A stretch of DNA of 64,000 nucleotides from an uncultured Planctomycetaceae bacterium (GCA_963785305.1 CAWAUV010000002.1:238705-302704), one strand, 5' to 3'. Shown: positions 22,727-33,373, numbered from the stretch's first letter. A program made the numbers and translations. The notes: generated from the letters alone by a model not told the origin.

Positions 22727-23875
22727 GTGTGGTTTTCGCGTATCATCTGGAAAAACCTCTTGCAGCGGCGGCTGCGCACGGTGATGACCTGCGCCGGACT
22801 CGCGATCGCGGTGGCGGCAATGACATCGCTCGCCGGCGTCGCGCGTAGCTTTGGACGAGCGGGCGTTGATTTCTACGCGACCCGCGGGGTCGATATCGTG
22901 GTGGTGCGAGCCGGAGTGGCCGAACGCATCACGAGCACGCTTCCCGCGGAATTCGCCGACCAAATCGCGCGGGCGCCGGGCGTGGCTCAAGTCGCCGCCG
23001 GCCTCACGGAAATGGTTTCGTTTGGCGATGGCGATCTGGTGGGCATTCCGCTGCGCGGAGCGCCCAAGCAAGGCTTTGCACTCGATCAATATGTGGCCAC
23101 CAGCGGTCGCAAGCTCGCGGCCGACGATCATCGCGCCGTGCTCTTGGGCGAAAGTCTCGCCGAAGCGTTGAAAAAGAAAGCGGGCGACACGCTCGCTATC
23201 GAAGGCACGCCATTCGCGGTCGTCGGCGTGTTTCAAGCGTCGAACCCGCTCGAGACGTTGTCCGCCGTGACGCTTCTCGACGACTTGCAGCAGCTCATGG
23301 ATCGCAAAGGCCAAGTCTCGGAAATTCAAGTCCGAGTCGACCGCGCGATCACGTCGGAAGCCGCGCTCGCCCAGGTGTGCCATGCCATCGAATTGCTCGC
23401 CGGTCCCTCGGGCGAACCGTTGGGAGTGAAAGCCCTCGCCACGCGGGCCTTCGTGGCCAGCGGCTCGGAAACACGACTCATGTCCGCCATGGCCCTGGGC
23501 GCTTCGCTGGTCGCCACCGCGCTCACATTGCTTGGCGTGCTCAACACCATGTGGATGTCGGTGCTCGAACGCACCCAGGAGATCGGCGTGCTCCGAGCGA
23601 TCGGTTGGTCGCGATCGCGGATCGCGCGGATGATCGTCGGCGAGTCGCTGCTGCTGGCGACCGCGGGCGGGGTCGCTGGCGTGTTGGCGGCTTGGCTCCT
23701 CACGCGCGCGCTGCTGGGAATGGTCGCGGCCGAAGGTTGGCTCGCCGCGGAGATCGATCCCACGGCGACCATGCTCGGGTTTGCCGCGGCGCTGGTCGCC
23801 GCGCTGCTCGGCGCGATGTTTCCCGCTTGGAATGCGACACGAATTCCCGCCGTGGAGGCCCTGCGATATGAATAA
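22727..23875 (+). CDS. ABC transporter permease, MacB/FtsX/LolC-type
   Basis: NLLQRRLRTVMT; NTMWMSVLERTQEIGVLRAIGW; PAWNATRIPAVEALRYE. Confidence 0.9.
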   Translation: MWFSRIIWKNLLQRRLRTVMTCAGLAIAVAAMTSLAGVARSFGRAGVDFYATRGVDIVVVRAGVAERITSTLPAEFADQIARAPGVAQVAAGLTEMVSFGDGDLVGIPLRGAPKQGFALDQYVATSGRKLAADDHRAVLLGESLAEALKKKAGDTLAIEGTPFAVVGVFQASNPLETLSAVTLLDDLQQLMDRKGQVSEIQVRVDRAITSEAALAQVCHAIELLAGPSGEPLGVKALATRAFVASGSETRLMSAMALGASLVATALTLLGVLNTMWMSVLERTQEIGVLRAIGWSRSRIARMIVGESLLLATAGGVAGVLAAWLLTRALLGMVAAEGWLAAEIDPTATMLGFAAALVAALLGAMFPAWNATRIPAVEALRYE

Positions 23876-24626
23876 ACCCGGTCATGAACCCTTGATCCGC
23901 GTCGAACATGTCCATCGCCGCTACGACGAAGGCGCCGTGCGGGCATTGGACGATGTGTCGCTGTCGGTCGACCACGGCGAATACCTCGCGATCATGGGCC
24001 CAAGCGGCAGCGGTAAATCGACTCTCCTCAATCTGCTCGGCGCGCTCGATCGGCCCGACGAAGGCGAAATCTTCTTCGAGGGCAAGCCACTCGCCCAGGA
24101 GCGGAACCTCGACCGGTTTCGCTCGCATCGCATAGGATTCGTATTCCAATCCTTCCATCTCTTGCCGACGCTAACCGCGATCGAAAACATTCAAATTCCC
24201 ATGTTCGAGGGCCCGCTCAAAGCCGCCGAGCGAGCACAGCGCACCGGCGAATTGCTCGCCGCCGTGGGCCTCGCGCATCGCGCGCGGCATTTGCCATGCA
24301 AACTTTCGGTGGGCGAACGACAGCGCGTGGCGATTGCCCGAGCGCTCGCCAATCGGCCGCGGGTTCTCCTGGCCGATGAGCCGACCGGCAACCTCGATTC
24401 CGCGGCCGGGGCCGATGTGCTCAACCTCTTCGACCGGCTGCATCGCGAGGAAGGTTTGACGTTGGTGGTCATTACCCATGGCGCCGAAGTCGCGGCCCGC
24501 GCCGAGAGAACCGTTTGGATTCGCGATGGCCGGCTCGGCCACGCGCCGGTCCGCGGACGCCCGAGCCCGACGCCAAGCGACTCGCGCCCGCTCAAGATCG
24601 AATCCCGCCCGAGCCAAGCAGCCTAG
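23868..24626 (+). CDS. ABC transporter ATP-binding protein, LolD/MacB-type
   Basis: GPSGSGKST; GFVFQSFHL; LSVGERQRVAIARAL; LADEPTGNLD. Confidence 0.93.
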   Translation: MNKPGHEPLIRVEHVHRRYDEGAVRALDDVSLSVDHGEYLAIMGPSGSGKSTLLNLLGALDRPDEGEIFFEGKPLAQERNLDRFRSHRIGFVFQSFHLLPTLTAIENIQIPMFEGPLKAAERAQRTGELLAAVGLAHRARHLPCKLSVGERQRVAIARALANRPRVLLADEPTGNLDSAAGADVLNLFDRLHREEGLTLVVITHGAEVAARAERTVWIRDGRLGHAPVRGRPSPTPSDSRPLKIESRPSQAA

Positions 24627-24673
24627 AATGAGTCGCCGCGGCGTCATCGCATCTTCACGCTTCCGGAGTTCAC

Positions 24674-25807
24674 GTGCTCATGCGTCTCGCCCATGTAGCC
24701 TGTAGCAATCTGCGGCGTCGCTCGGCGCGAACTTGGCTTACCGTGCTTGGCATCGCGCTGGCGGTGGCCACCGTGACGGGGCTGGTCGGCGTGTCGGAGT
24801 CGCTCGAAAGTTCGTTTCTTGCCATGTACAACCGCCGCGGCGCCGATGTGGTGGTGCAGCGGCGGGGCGGAACAGTGCAAATCGCCAAAGGTCTGCCCGC
24901 CGCGCTCGGAGATCGGATTCGCGCCCTGCCCGAGGCGGCCGAAGTCATCGGCGGCCTCATGGACATGGTAACCTTCGAGCAAGCGGGACTCTTCATGGTG
25001 ATCGTCAATGGCTGGGCGCCCGATTGCCCGGTGCTCGATCGCGTGCGCACTCTCGAAGGCCGGCGGCTCGTCGCGGGCGACGCGCGAAAGGTGATGCTCG
25101 GCCGCGTGCTCGCGGCGCAGCTCGGCAAAAAAACCGGCGATCAGGTCGATTTCTATTCGCGCCTCGTTCGAGGTCGTGGGCGTGTTCGAGGGCTGTAGCA
25201 TTTATGAAGACGGGGCGGCGTTTCTCTTGCTCGACGAGCTTCAGCGCCAAATGGATCGGCCCGGTCAACTCACGGGTTATATCGTGCAGGCGCATCCCGC
25301 GGGCGACGCCGACGCGATCGCGCGGTTGCGCGCGAAGATCGAAGCGCTCGATCCCGAGGTCGCGGCGACGCCGTGCGCCGAGTTCGTGCATTCGCTCGCC
25401 CAAATGCGCGTTGTGCGCACTCTCGCCACGCTGGTCTCCTGCATTGCCGGGCTGCTCGGGGCGCTCGGAATGCTCAACACGATGGCGATGAGCGTGTTTG
25501 AGCGGCGGCGCGAATTCGGCATGCTGCGCGCGATTGGCTGGCGACGGCGGCGCATCGTGGGACTCGTGCTCTTGGAATCGCTGGTCTTGGCCGCGGGAGG
25601 CGCGGTCGTGGGACTCGCGATCGGTTTGAGCGTGCCCACGGCGCTACGCGCACTTTCCGCCCACGGCGGTGCTCGTGGCGGGCGGGCTTTCGCGAGTCGG
25701 CGCTGGCCGGCGGGGCGTTGGCGCTGGCCACGGCGATTCTCGGCGCGTCGCTGCCGGCTTATCAATGCACGCGGGTTTCACCAGCCGCGGCAATGCGGGG
25801 AACATGA
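24674..25807 (+). CDS. Second MacB/FtsX-type permease (shifts near 25160 and 25650-25750)
   Basis: NLRRRSARTWLT; NTMAMSVFERRREFGMLRAIGW; reconstructed C-terminus PAYQCTRVSPAAAMRGT. Confidence 0.82.
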
Positions 25808-25811
25808 TCCC

Positions 25812-27193
25812 TTATTGCACGTCGCATCGCATGCTCGTCAGTTTGCCGCCCGGCGGAAGCTCGAGGCGGTCTTTCAGCTCGAGCCGCGCCACGATCTTCG
25901 CTTCGAAGAACGATTCGAGCGCCTGGGTCAGGCGGCGCGAGTGTTCATCGCTCCAGGCTCGACTCGGCACGATGCGAACCAGCACTTCGTCGAGCGCTGT
26001 TTGAATCACTTGATGCTGATGATGGCCACCCAGCGATGTGAGCGCCAGCACCAGGTCGGTGGCATGTTTCCGTCGACCGTCGGCGAGTTTGAAATGCGGC
26101 CGCGCTTTGCCTTCCACGGCTCGGAGCAGCGGAAGCCCGCGCCGCAGGGACATGCTCCCTCGGCCCAGGTGGCTCGATCGCCAATGTCGTAGCGCACGAA
26201 CGGCGTGCGAAAATTGTGCAACACGGTCAGGACCACCCGGCCCGATTGGCCTGGCGGCGCGGGGCGATCGTGTTCATCGAGAAGTTCCACGATCACATTC
26301 TCGCCGTGAACATGCAGCCCCCGACCGGCCGGACACGGCGACGCGACATAGCCCGCCTCGGCGCAGCTATAAAGATTCTTCACCGGCGCCGAGAAGGCGG
26401 CCTCGATCTTGGCCCGCGCCGGCGCCGAGAGCGTTTCTGAAATCGACTGGATCACCGCGAGCTTCGGAAATCGCCGCGGCTCATCGGCGAGCAGACTGGC
26501 CAGAAGCTCGAGGTTCGAAGCATGGCTGAGCAAATAGTCGGGGTTCACCTGCTCGAGCCACGCAAGCTGACGCCGCGGCTCTTGACGAATATCCATGCCG
26601 TGGAGCGGGCCCGTCGCGATGAGCGGCTCGAGAATCGGGTTCCATGACGACATCGTCAACCCGGCCAAGAGCTCATCGAGTTCGGCGCCGGTTTTGAGCG
26701 TGGCGCGAATCGCGGCCAGAGTTCCCTCGGGCCGCATGCCGCTCCATTCGAGATCGCGTAAATACAGTGCCAGCCACCAGACATAGAAGCGGTTCGTCTT
26801 CAGCACCCGCACCGGCACGCCGGTCGAGCCCGAGGAACGATCTTCGTCGAGCGCCACGGTTCCCTTGGGCAATTGCTCGGCTTCGAAGCGGTCGAATTGT
26901 TCTTGCCATGCGCGACGCGATAGCAGCGGAATCCGCCGCAGGTCTTCGAGCGACCGCACCGAGTCGGGCGTGATCGCGAGCGTGGTCAGCAACTCGCGAT
27001 AGTAGGGAACATGCCGGGCACAATGTTCCAAGAGGGCGCGGCATTGAAGCAATTGGCGTTCGACAAGCTGCTCGGGCGCCAGCCACTGGGTCTCGCCGAG
27101 GGCGAGATAGGCGGCCCAAACTTGCGCGAGACCGGCCTCGGCAAGGGGCGGCCAAGCAGCACCGGGTAGGGGGCGAGGGCTGAAATGGGCCAT
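25812..27193 (-). CDS. Phenylacetate-CoA ligase / CapK-like adenylate-forming enzyme (shift near 26140)
   Basis: HVPYYRE; SSGSTGVP; YSCAEAG; VHGENVIVE; FVRYDIGD; C-terminal GGK. Confidence 0.85.
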
Positions 27194-27428
27194 GCGAATT
27201 CCGATCGCGCGGGTGGCCGACGTGGAATTGGGGGCTGGCGCATGGGCTAGGCGTTGCGATTCGCGCCACTGTTCACCACGGCGCGACCCACATTGCCAAT
27301 CCTACTTTTTCGTAATTCCGCGCGCAGCCGGAGGATTTTATCGACGGATTGGCTGCGAATATTCGATGAATTCCGATAGCGGCTTGCACTCCGCGGCCGC
27401 GAGTTTCCTGTTTTGGAGGGTTCCTACC

Positions 27429-27629
27429 ATGGGTGGAGCCGAAGGTGTGAGCAGCAGTGGCGGCGCGGCCGCTTACTTTGCCGCTCAAGTGCAATCCCAG
27501 GCCGCGGCGAGTGTCGCGGTAAGCTCGGCGGGCGCGAGTGCGTCGAGCAACCTTTCCGGTGGAGAGGGCGGTGGGGCGCCGGCGGTGAGCGCCTCGGGCA
27601 ATGGGCAACTGTTCAGCGAAACCGCGTAG
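27429..27629 (+). CDS. 66-aa Ala/Ser/Gly-rich small protein, YjfB-like
   Basis: GGAGG RBS before the ATG; ends GNGQLFSETA. Confidence 0.5.
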   Translation: MGGAEGVSSSGGAAAYFAAQVQSQAAASVAVSSAGASASSNLSGGEGGGAPAVSASGNGQLFSETA

Positions 27630-27826
27630 CAAGCGACTCATGTCGCAAGTCTCGCGGTCCGCAAGCAATACAGGGAAACACCGGCGTCGTCCGGCATTCC
27701 TCGATTGTGGAACGTTTCTTCCTGCCCAAAGAGACGCTAGCGCATCGGATCGAATCGAGCAGCGCGGACTGTCAAAAGTCCGCGCTGCTTTTGCATTTTG
27801 GCCCCAACTTCCCCGAGCTGGCGCGC

Positions 27827-28245
27827 TCAGGGATTCGATATGGCCTGGACTTCTCGATCGAGAATGATCGTCGACGAGATCGGCTGGCTGCCGGTGAAAA
27901 ACCGCATGAACCAGCTATTGTTCGCCGGGCTGGCCGATACCGTAACCTGCACCGTGCTGCTGGTGTAGGAAATCGGGTTGGGCGACACCGTGACCGTGGC
28001 GTTTTTGATGCCCACGGCATTGGTGATGTTGGTGGCGGCGGTGGTGGCGTCGGAAGTCTGCGCGTCGAGCGCCAGGCCCGCGGCGCGCCTTCGAATGCCG
28101 CCTGCCGCACCGTCTGCTGAATTTGCAGTTCGCGCGAGAATTCGATGATGCCGAACAGCACCATGATCAGCACCGGCACGCAGATCGCGAACTCGGCGGT
28201 CGCCGCGCCGCGCCGCGATCGTTGTCTTTTCCGGCAAGGGCTCAT
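27827..28245 (-). CDS. TadE-like pseudopilin (shift near 28085)
   Basis: RRG-AATAEFAICVPVLIMVLFGIIEF...AAFEGAR. Confidence 0.85.
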
Positions 28246-28254
28246 ATCGGGTTC

Positions 28255-29442
28255 CTACTTGATGAGCACTGCCGGCAGACTATCGGCGATGGTGGTGAAC
28301 GCGGTGGACAACTGCGAGGCGCTCGGCGCGTTGAAATACATGCCGTTGCCGTTGGTGGCCGCTTGCTGCATCGCGGTTCCATAGGAGCCGCTGATCGCCT
28401 CGGCGCTGAACGTGATCACATGGGTGATGATGTGGTTCGATTGGGCATAGCCCAGCGTGATCGGCGGAATGTTGGTGTTGCCCGTGGTCGGCACGCCATC
28501 GGTCATGAGAATAATCGTGCGATCGGCGGTGGTCCGCGCGAGCGAGCCGGTCAATTCGCTTTGGGCCAGCGCCAGCCCGGCCGAGATATTCGTGTCGCCC
28601 AAGAGCGGGTTCGAGCCGTAGGCGTTCATTGCCGTGGGCGTGAGGTTGTAGTTCGAGGTCAGCGGAACATCCAGGTTGGCCTCGGTGGCGGTGAAACTGC
28701 CGAGTGAGAATGTCTCGGAGTATGTCACGAGCGACAAATGCACGTCGAGATTGCGGGCATTGAGCACCGCGATGAAATCGTTGACCGCCGTGGTCAACGC
28801 CGCCCAACGACTGAGCGTCGGGCTGGGCGCCGTGAAGTAATTCTGGATCAGCGCCTGGGTGTTGTAGGGGCTCACGTTGGGATACACGAATTCGCTGCCG
28901 CTCAAGTCGAACGACATCGAGGCCGAGCGATCGAGCACCAGGCAGATATCGTGGCTGATCCGCGTGGTCAGCGATGTTTCCGAGATCGAAAACGACGTGG
29001 CGGGCGTAAATGGCGCGAGGAAATAAGCCCGGTTCGCCGAGCCGATCACCTGCACGCTATTCATCGGGCTGCCATTGGGCGTGAAGATATATGTGCCGCC
29101 GCTATTGGCGGCGGCATTGCCGAAGGTGAAGTTGCTGGTCGCGAGATTGAGCGCCTGGCCGCCCACCAGGTTCTGATTCGACACGGTAGTGCCAAACGCC
29201 ACGGCCGAGCTCTGCGACTCCGTGGCGCCGAAATTGACTAGCGCCGCCTTGGCCGCCGAATCGCAAGCGATCCGCAGTTCCTCGCGAGTTTGCTGAATGT
29301 AGGCTAGGTTCATGGCGAAGCAGGCCAGGATCAGCAACATCGGCAGCGTAAAAGCGACCAGCACCGTAATGGCGCCGCGCCGCTCGCCGCGGCGACCGCG
29401 GCATTCAAGACTATCGGCGAATCGAATCATGATGCTCCTCAT
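28255..29442 (-). CDS. TadG-like pilin with vWA (MIDAS) domain
   Basis: RRG-AITVLVAF..ACDSAAKAA; DICLVLDRSASM; ILMTDG. Confidence 0.88.
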   Translation of the reverse strand: MRSIMIRFADSLECRGRRGERRGAITVLVAFTLPMLLILACFAMNLAYIQQTREELRIACDSAAKAALVNFGATESQSSAVAFGTTVSNQNLVGGQALNLATSNFTFGNAAANSGGTYIFTPNGSPMNSVQVIGSANRAYFLAPFTPATSFSISETSLTTRISHDICLVLDRSASMSFDLSGSEFVYPNVSPYNTQALIQNYFTAPSPTLSRWAALTTAVNDFIAVLNARNLDVHLSLVTYSETFSLGSFTATEANLDVPLTSNYNLTPTAMNAYGSNPLLGDTNISAGLALAQSELTGSLARTTADRTIILMTDGVPTTGNTNIPPITLGYAQSNHIITHVITFSAEAISGSYGTAMQQAATNGNGMYFNAPSASQLSTAFTTIADSLPAVLIK

Positions 29443-29892
29443 TCGCTAATCAATGTCGCGCTGGCGTTGATCGTCAGCGACCGCGAAAGCACGACCGAGG
29501 TCACCGTGTTTTGACTCCACGGCGCGCTGATCGACACGACGACAACCGTCTGCGGAACCGCGTTCGTCAGACTGCTCGGAGAACAACGTGACCGTCGCCC
29601 CGTTCACGCCCAACTGCGTCAAAAGCGAGTTGCAATAAGTGATTACCTGCGGACCCGTGGCGGCGACTTGGCTCGACGTGGTCGGCCGCGTCGCCAGTCG
29701 GCAGGCTTCATAGGCCGCCGAAAGCATTCGGGTCCGCAAGTAGACCACATTGCAAATCTCGATCGTTCCGAACGCGAGGCTCACCAGCACGGGCAAGCAG
29801 AGCGCCAGTTCGACCGTGGCCATCGCCGAGCGGCGGCGAGAGCGCGGGCCGGGTCGGCGATGGGTTCTCGGTCGTAGTCGCCATTGCCACAT
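29439..29892 (-). CDS. TadE-like pseudopilin (shift near 29580)
   Basis: ATVELALCLPVLVSLAFGTIEI...AAYEACR; reconstructed stop overlaps the tadG ATG (ATGA). Confidence 0.82.
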
Positions 29893-29981
29893 GCTGCCTT
29901 TCACCGTCGCTCTCCTCCCAGCTCGAATCCGAGTGACGAATCGTAACCGCCTCGATCAACCAACACTCGCCACGCGGCTTG

Positions 29982-30797
29982 TCATTTCGGCAAACTACTG
30001 GCCGACCGCAAGGCCGCGGCGTTTTCGGCGCCGATGTCGACCACGAACATCACATCGTTGCAGTCCTGGTCACCGCCGCCCGGGTAGTCCTCGAAGCCGA
30101 TGATGATGTACTGGCTGTTGTCGGGAAAGAACGCGATCATGTGCTGGAAGCCGTCGGAGTTGTTGCTGGCGCCGTTGTACCAGACATTGGCCGGAGCGCC
30201 TTTGCTGCTCTCGTTCGAGTAGCAGAAGAAGGCGAGTTGCTGACCGGCATTCACGGTCGGCAGTTGCACGAAGTCGCCGGGCAGCACCGGATAGGTGCTG
30301 GTGCGCGAGGTGCTGCCGTTCCAATGCACGTCGGACATGCAGGTCATGTTCGTGCCACTGACCTCCGACGAAGTGGTGCGCTGACCGTGGCGACCGTCAC
30401 GCCGAATCCGTCGATGAAGTCGGCGTAGCCATATAGGAAGTAACAGCGCGGCGTGTATGTGAACCAGAAGTAAAGCCGTGTCGGATCCAACTGGTTCAGA
30501 CCGGCGCCGGTATACTTCACTCCTTCCTTGAGCTGCGAGAGCACGAGGCTCATATAAGTCGGCTCAAGGGCTTGAAACGCTTTGGAGGCGCTGTCCGAAC
30601 CGGCGTTATACGTCTTGCTGGCGAACGGATAGCTGAGCGGGATCGTGGTGGTTTGGTACGACGACGCCGTGGCCCCGGAAACCGACGTGAGATAGCTGGG
30701 GGAACTCGAACCGGAACCATGCGCCGCTACGCGCCGAGGAAGCCGCGCAACCGGCGAAGATCACCGCGAGCAAGAGTCGGGTTTGAAGATGGCTCAT
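29982..30797 (-). CDS. Secreted DUF4114-like protein (frameshifts near 30715 and 30370)
   Basis: Signal peptide MSHLQTRLLLAVIFAG; C-terminus NSDGFQHM..IGFEDYPGGGDQDCNDVMFVVD. Confidence 0.75.
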
Positions 30798-30945
30798 GGA
30801 CACATTCCTCACAAAAAAAGACGGGTCGGAAAATGTTTCGATTCCAAGCAGGGCCCACCGGGGGGCGGCAATATCGCGAGTCCGACGCTTGGCGCTGAAG
30901 GGAATGTCGCGCGATCTGTCGGCCGGCTGGGCCTGACGCCCGGTC

Positions 30946-31046
30946 CGCCGAACGGCGAACGAGGCAAGTCGTCTGGGAGAGTCTGACAATACCCAGGCAA
31001 TTGCCTCGTTTGCCGGGGAGTTCCCGAAGGTATTGTCAGACCCTCC
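30946..31046 (-). other. Interleaved double inverted repeat; candidate structured leader RNA
   Basis: 30953-30967 pairs with 31001-31015 (14/15); 30981-30993 pairs perfectly with 31029-31041. Confidence 0.6.
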
Positions 31047-31192
31047 AAGGGATATCTAGGTCGAAAGAAGCCTTTGTCAACTCGCGGCAAGACAATTTTT
31101 GATCGCTGGACCAAATAGACTCAAGAAATGGATCGTCTTCGGGCGACGAGCGGGGCGGCCATCGAAACACGTTGCGAAATCGCATCGCCGCA

Positions 31193-32002
31193 TTACGGGC
31201 TCGGTGGCGATGCAGTGGCGGTCTTTTTTCGCCACGGCATGAAATGCTTTCGCAAGTCGCCAAAGCGAATTTCCGCGCCGCCCGTCACCGACACATTGTT
31301 CATCGTCGGTAAATCGTCGCCGCCGACGCGGGTACTGTCTAGCAGTTCGGCTCGCAAGATCAGCCAGTCCTTCAGCGGATACTTCACACCGACGCCAAAG
31401 GGCACATCGGCAAATCCACGCTGGGTTTTTTCGCCCTGGGCATCCAGGAATTTGAAATCGGCAACGCCTCCGCCCACGATCATATACGGACGAAACTTCG
31501 CATTGCCCAGCGGATAAAACAGCACGCTCAGATCCCCGAACAGAATCGACTCGGTCTCGATCGCCGCCGCATTGAAGCGGCGCGACTCCATCAGCCATGC
31601 GTCGGCAAGGCGCGCCTCGACACCCCAGTGATCGGAAAAATCCCAGCCATAGCGCTTGGCCAGGATCGGACCATTGGGAATGTCGCTGATCGATCGCGAG
31701 AACGGATCGCCCGTCAGCCAACCCACTTGATAGCTACCGCTGAACGGCAGATCGCGCCAGCAAAATTCCTTGGGCGCGGCGATCATGGGAGTCGACGCCT
31801 CGATCAACGCGGGCGGCGGCAATTCGTCGGGCGTTGCATCGACCGGTGGAAGTGGCACGACCTCCTCGGCGTTCGATGGGCCGGTGGACTCGGCGACGGT
31901 TTCGCCGGCGATCTCGCCGGGCGGTGGCGTCGATGTCCGCAACCGCGCGCAGCCGAGCAAGAGGCCGCAAAACACGATAATCCGGCCCGGAAACCGCGAC
32001 AT
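31193..32002 (-). CDS. Outer-membrane beta-barrel protein with a predicted lipoprotein signal
   Basis: Lipobox LLLG-C; Pro-rich linker; amphipathic strands RYGWDF, WGVEAR, FRPYMIVGGG, FGVGVKY, LRAE, GAEIRF. Confidence 0.72.
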   Translation of the reverse strand: MSRFPGRIIVFCGLLLGCARLRTSTPPPGEIAGETVAESTGPSNAEEVVPLPPVDATPDELPPPALIEASTPMIAAPKEFCWRDLPFSGSYQVGWLTGDPFSRSISDIPNGPILAKRYGWDFSDHWGVEARLADAWLMESRRFNAAAIETESILFGDLSVLFYPLGNAKFRPYMIVGGGVADFKFLDAQGEKTQRGFADVPFGVGVKYPLKDWLILRAELLDSTRVGGDDLPTMNNVSVTGGAEIRFGDLRKHFMPWRKKTATASPPSP

Positions 32003-32428
32003 TCTTACCCCGGTGGCGCGATCGTCGAAATCGCTCGGCGCGAGACGCCAGACGCCCAATGCGAAACGCCAAAACGGTATTTCCCCGTCGAACTGATAGT
32101 TGAGGGCCCGACTCGGCGTCAAGCTTGTCTGGGCGGTTTAGAGCCTTTGGAGTCTTTCGCACTGGAAAAACAGCGTGTGGCCGGCCGCGCGGCATCCTAC
32201 TGGCGTAGCGCATGGGAGCGCCACTTTGTCGCCCCCGGACCGTAGCAATCGCGGCCGCGGAAGGATATCTTGGAGAGTAGCTCCGCGCCGGCGGCGCCGG
32301 TCCGCAATCGCATGGGCGGTCGTTCGCCGGGCCAGATTTCCTTCTCGATTTCGCTTTTCTCCCCTCGCTCAAAACACTCGAAGGCGGTTCGTATGATCGG
32401 CTTGCAAAGGATCGTCGCTCGCAACCTG

Positions 32429-33226
32429 ATGAATCCTCGTTTTCAACTCCGCTCGCGCCGCGAAATCTTTCGCGCGTGCGTCGGCGGATTGCTCGTCGCG
32501 CTCGCGGCGCCGCTGGCCTTTGCCCAGCAAGACCCGGATCGCCCCCCCGACCAAAAAGCGCTCGACGATAAAGGCTCGATCGAAGGAGTCGAAGGCCCGC
32601 TGCTCACCACCAAGCTCGAGCGCGGCGACTGGGTGCTCACGGTGAGCCCGCAAACAATGGTGCATGTGACCGGCACGGCCGAGCCCGACTATCTGCACCC
32701 GGGCGTGTTCGTGAAGTTCTCGGGAGAAATCGACAAGAAGGGCGTGTTGCAAAAGGAGCTCGAAGCGGTCGAGATTTTCACGCCCGTCGCGAAAGGCGGA
32801 GTGGGAATTTTCGAGAACGCCACCGACGACGCCAAAGTCGTGCGCGCGCCGAGCGAGGGCGCCACCTATGAATTTCGCGGCCGGGTGGCCTCGTATAAGC
32901 CGGGCGAGCTCGTGCTCACGGCCGGCAGCAAGAAAATCTTCGCGAAGACCGCCGGCACATTGAATGTGGCGGTGAACACCTCGGACCTGGGCATGGCGCA
33001 GGCCGGCGACTCGGTCGTGGTTACCGGATGGTACACCGACGAACAGAAGCCCGACGCGGGCCAGATGCGTCCCGGCTATGCGGCGGCGGCCACGCTCACG
33101 ATCACGCTCAGCAAGCCGCTGGCGCCGACGAAAAAGACTCGCGCCGCTCCGACCAGGCACGCGCGTACTCCCAAAGGCGCGGCGCCCGCCGCTCCGACCG
33201 AACCGCCCAACCCGTTTGCGAATTAG
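32429..33226 (+). CDS. Secreted hypothetical protein (possible Tat signal SRREIF)
   Basis: Hydrophobic signal ending AFA-QQ; two similar beta-rich halves; Lys/Pro-rich tail. Confidence 0.6.
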   Translation: MNPRFQLRSRREIFRACVGGLLVALAAPLAFAQQDPDRPPDQKALDDKGSIEGVEGPLLTTKLERGDWVLTVSPQTMVHVTGTAEPDYLHPGVFVKFSGEIDKKGVLQKELEAVEIFTPVAKGGVGIFENATDDAKVVRAPSEGATYEFRGRVASYKPGELVLTAGSKKIFAKTAGTLNVAVNTSDLGMAQAGDSVVVTGWYTDEQKPDAGQMRPGYAAAATLTITLSKPLAPTKKTRAAPTRHARTPKGAAPAAPTEPPNPFAN

Positions 33227-33373
33227 ACGCATTCTCCCGGCGGTTTGCCAGATGAACGGCAGCCGCCGCGCGGCCCGATCCGGCGGGCGGCCGGAGCGGA
33301 TGCCTCGCGCCCGCTGGGCGAACAGGTCGCGATATCGTCTTGGGTCGCCTTCTTGGGCTGTCGCGGATCTCGC

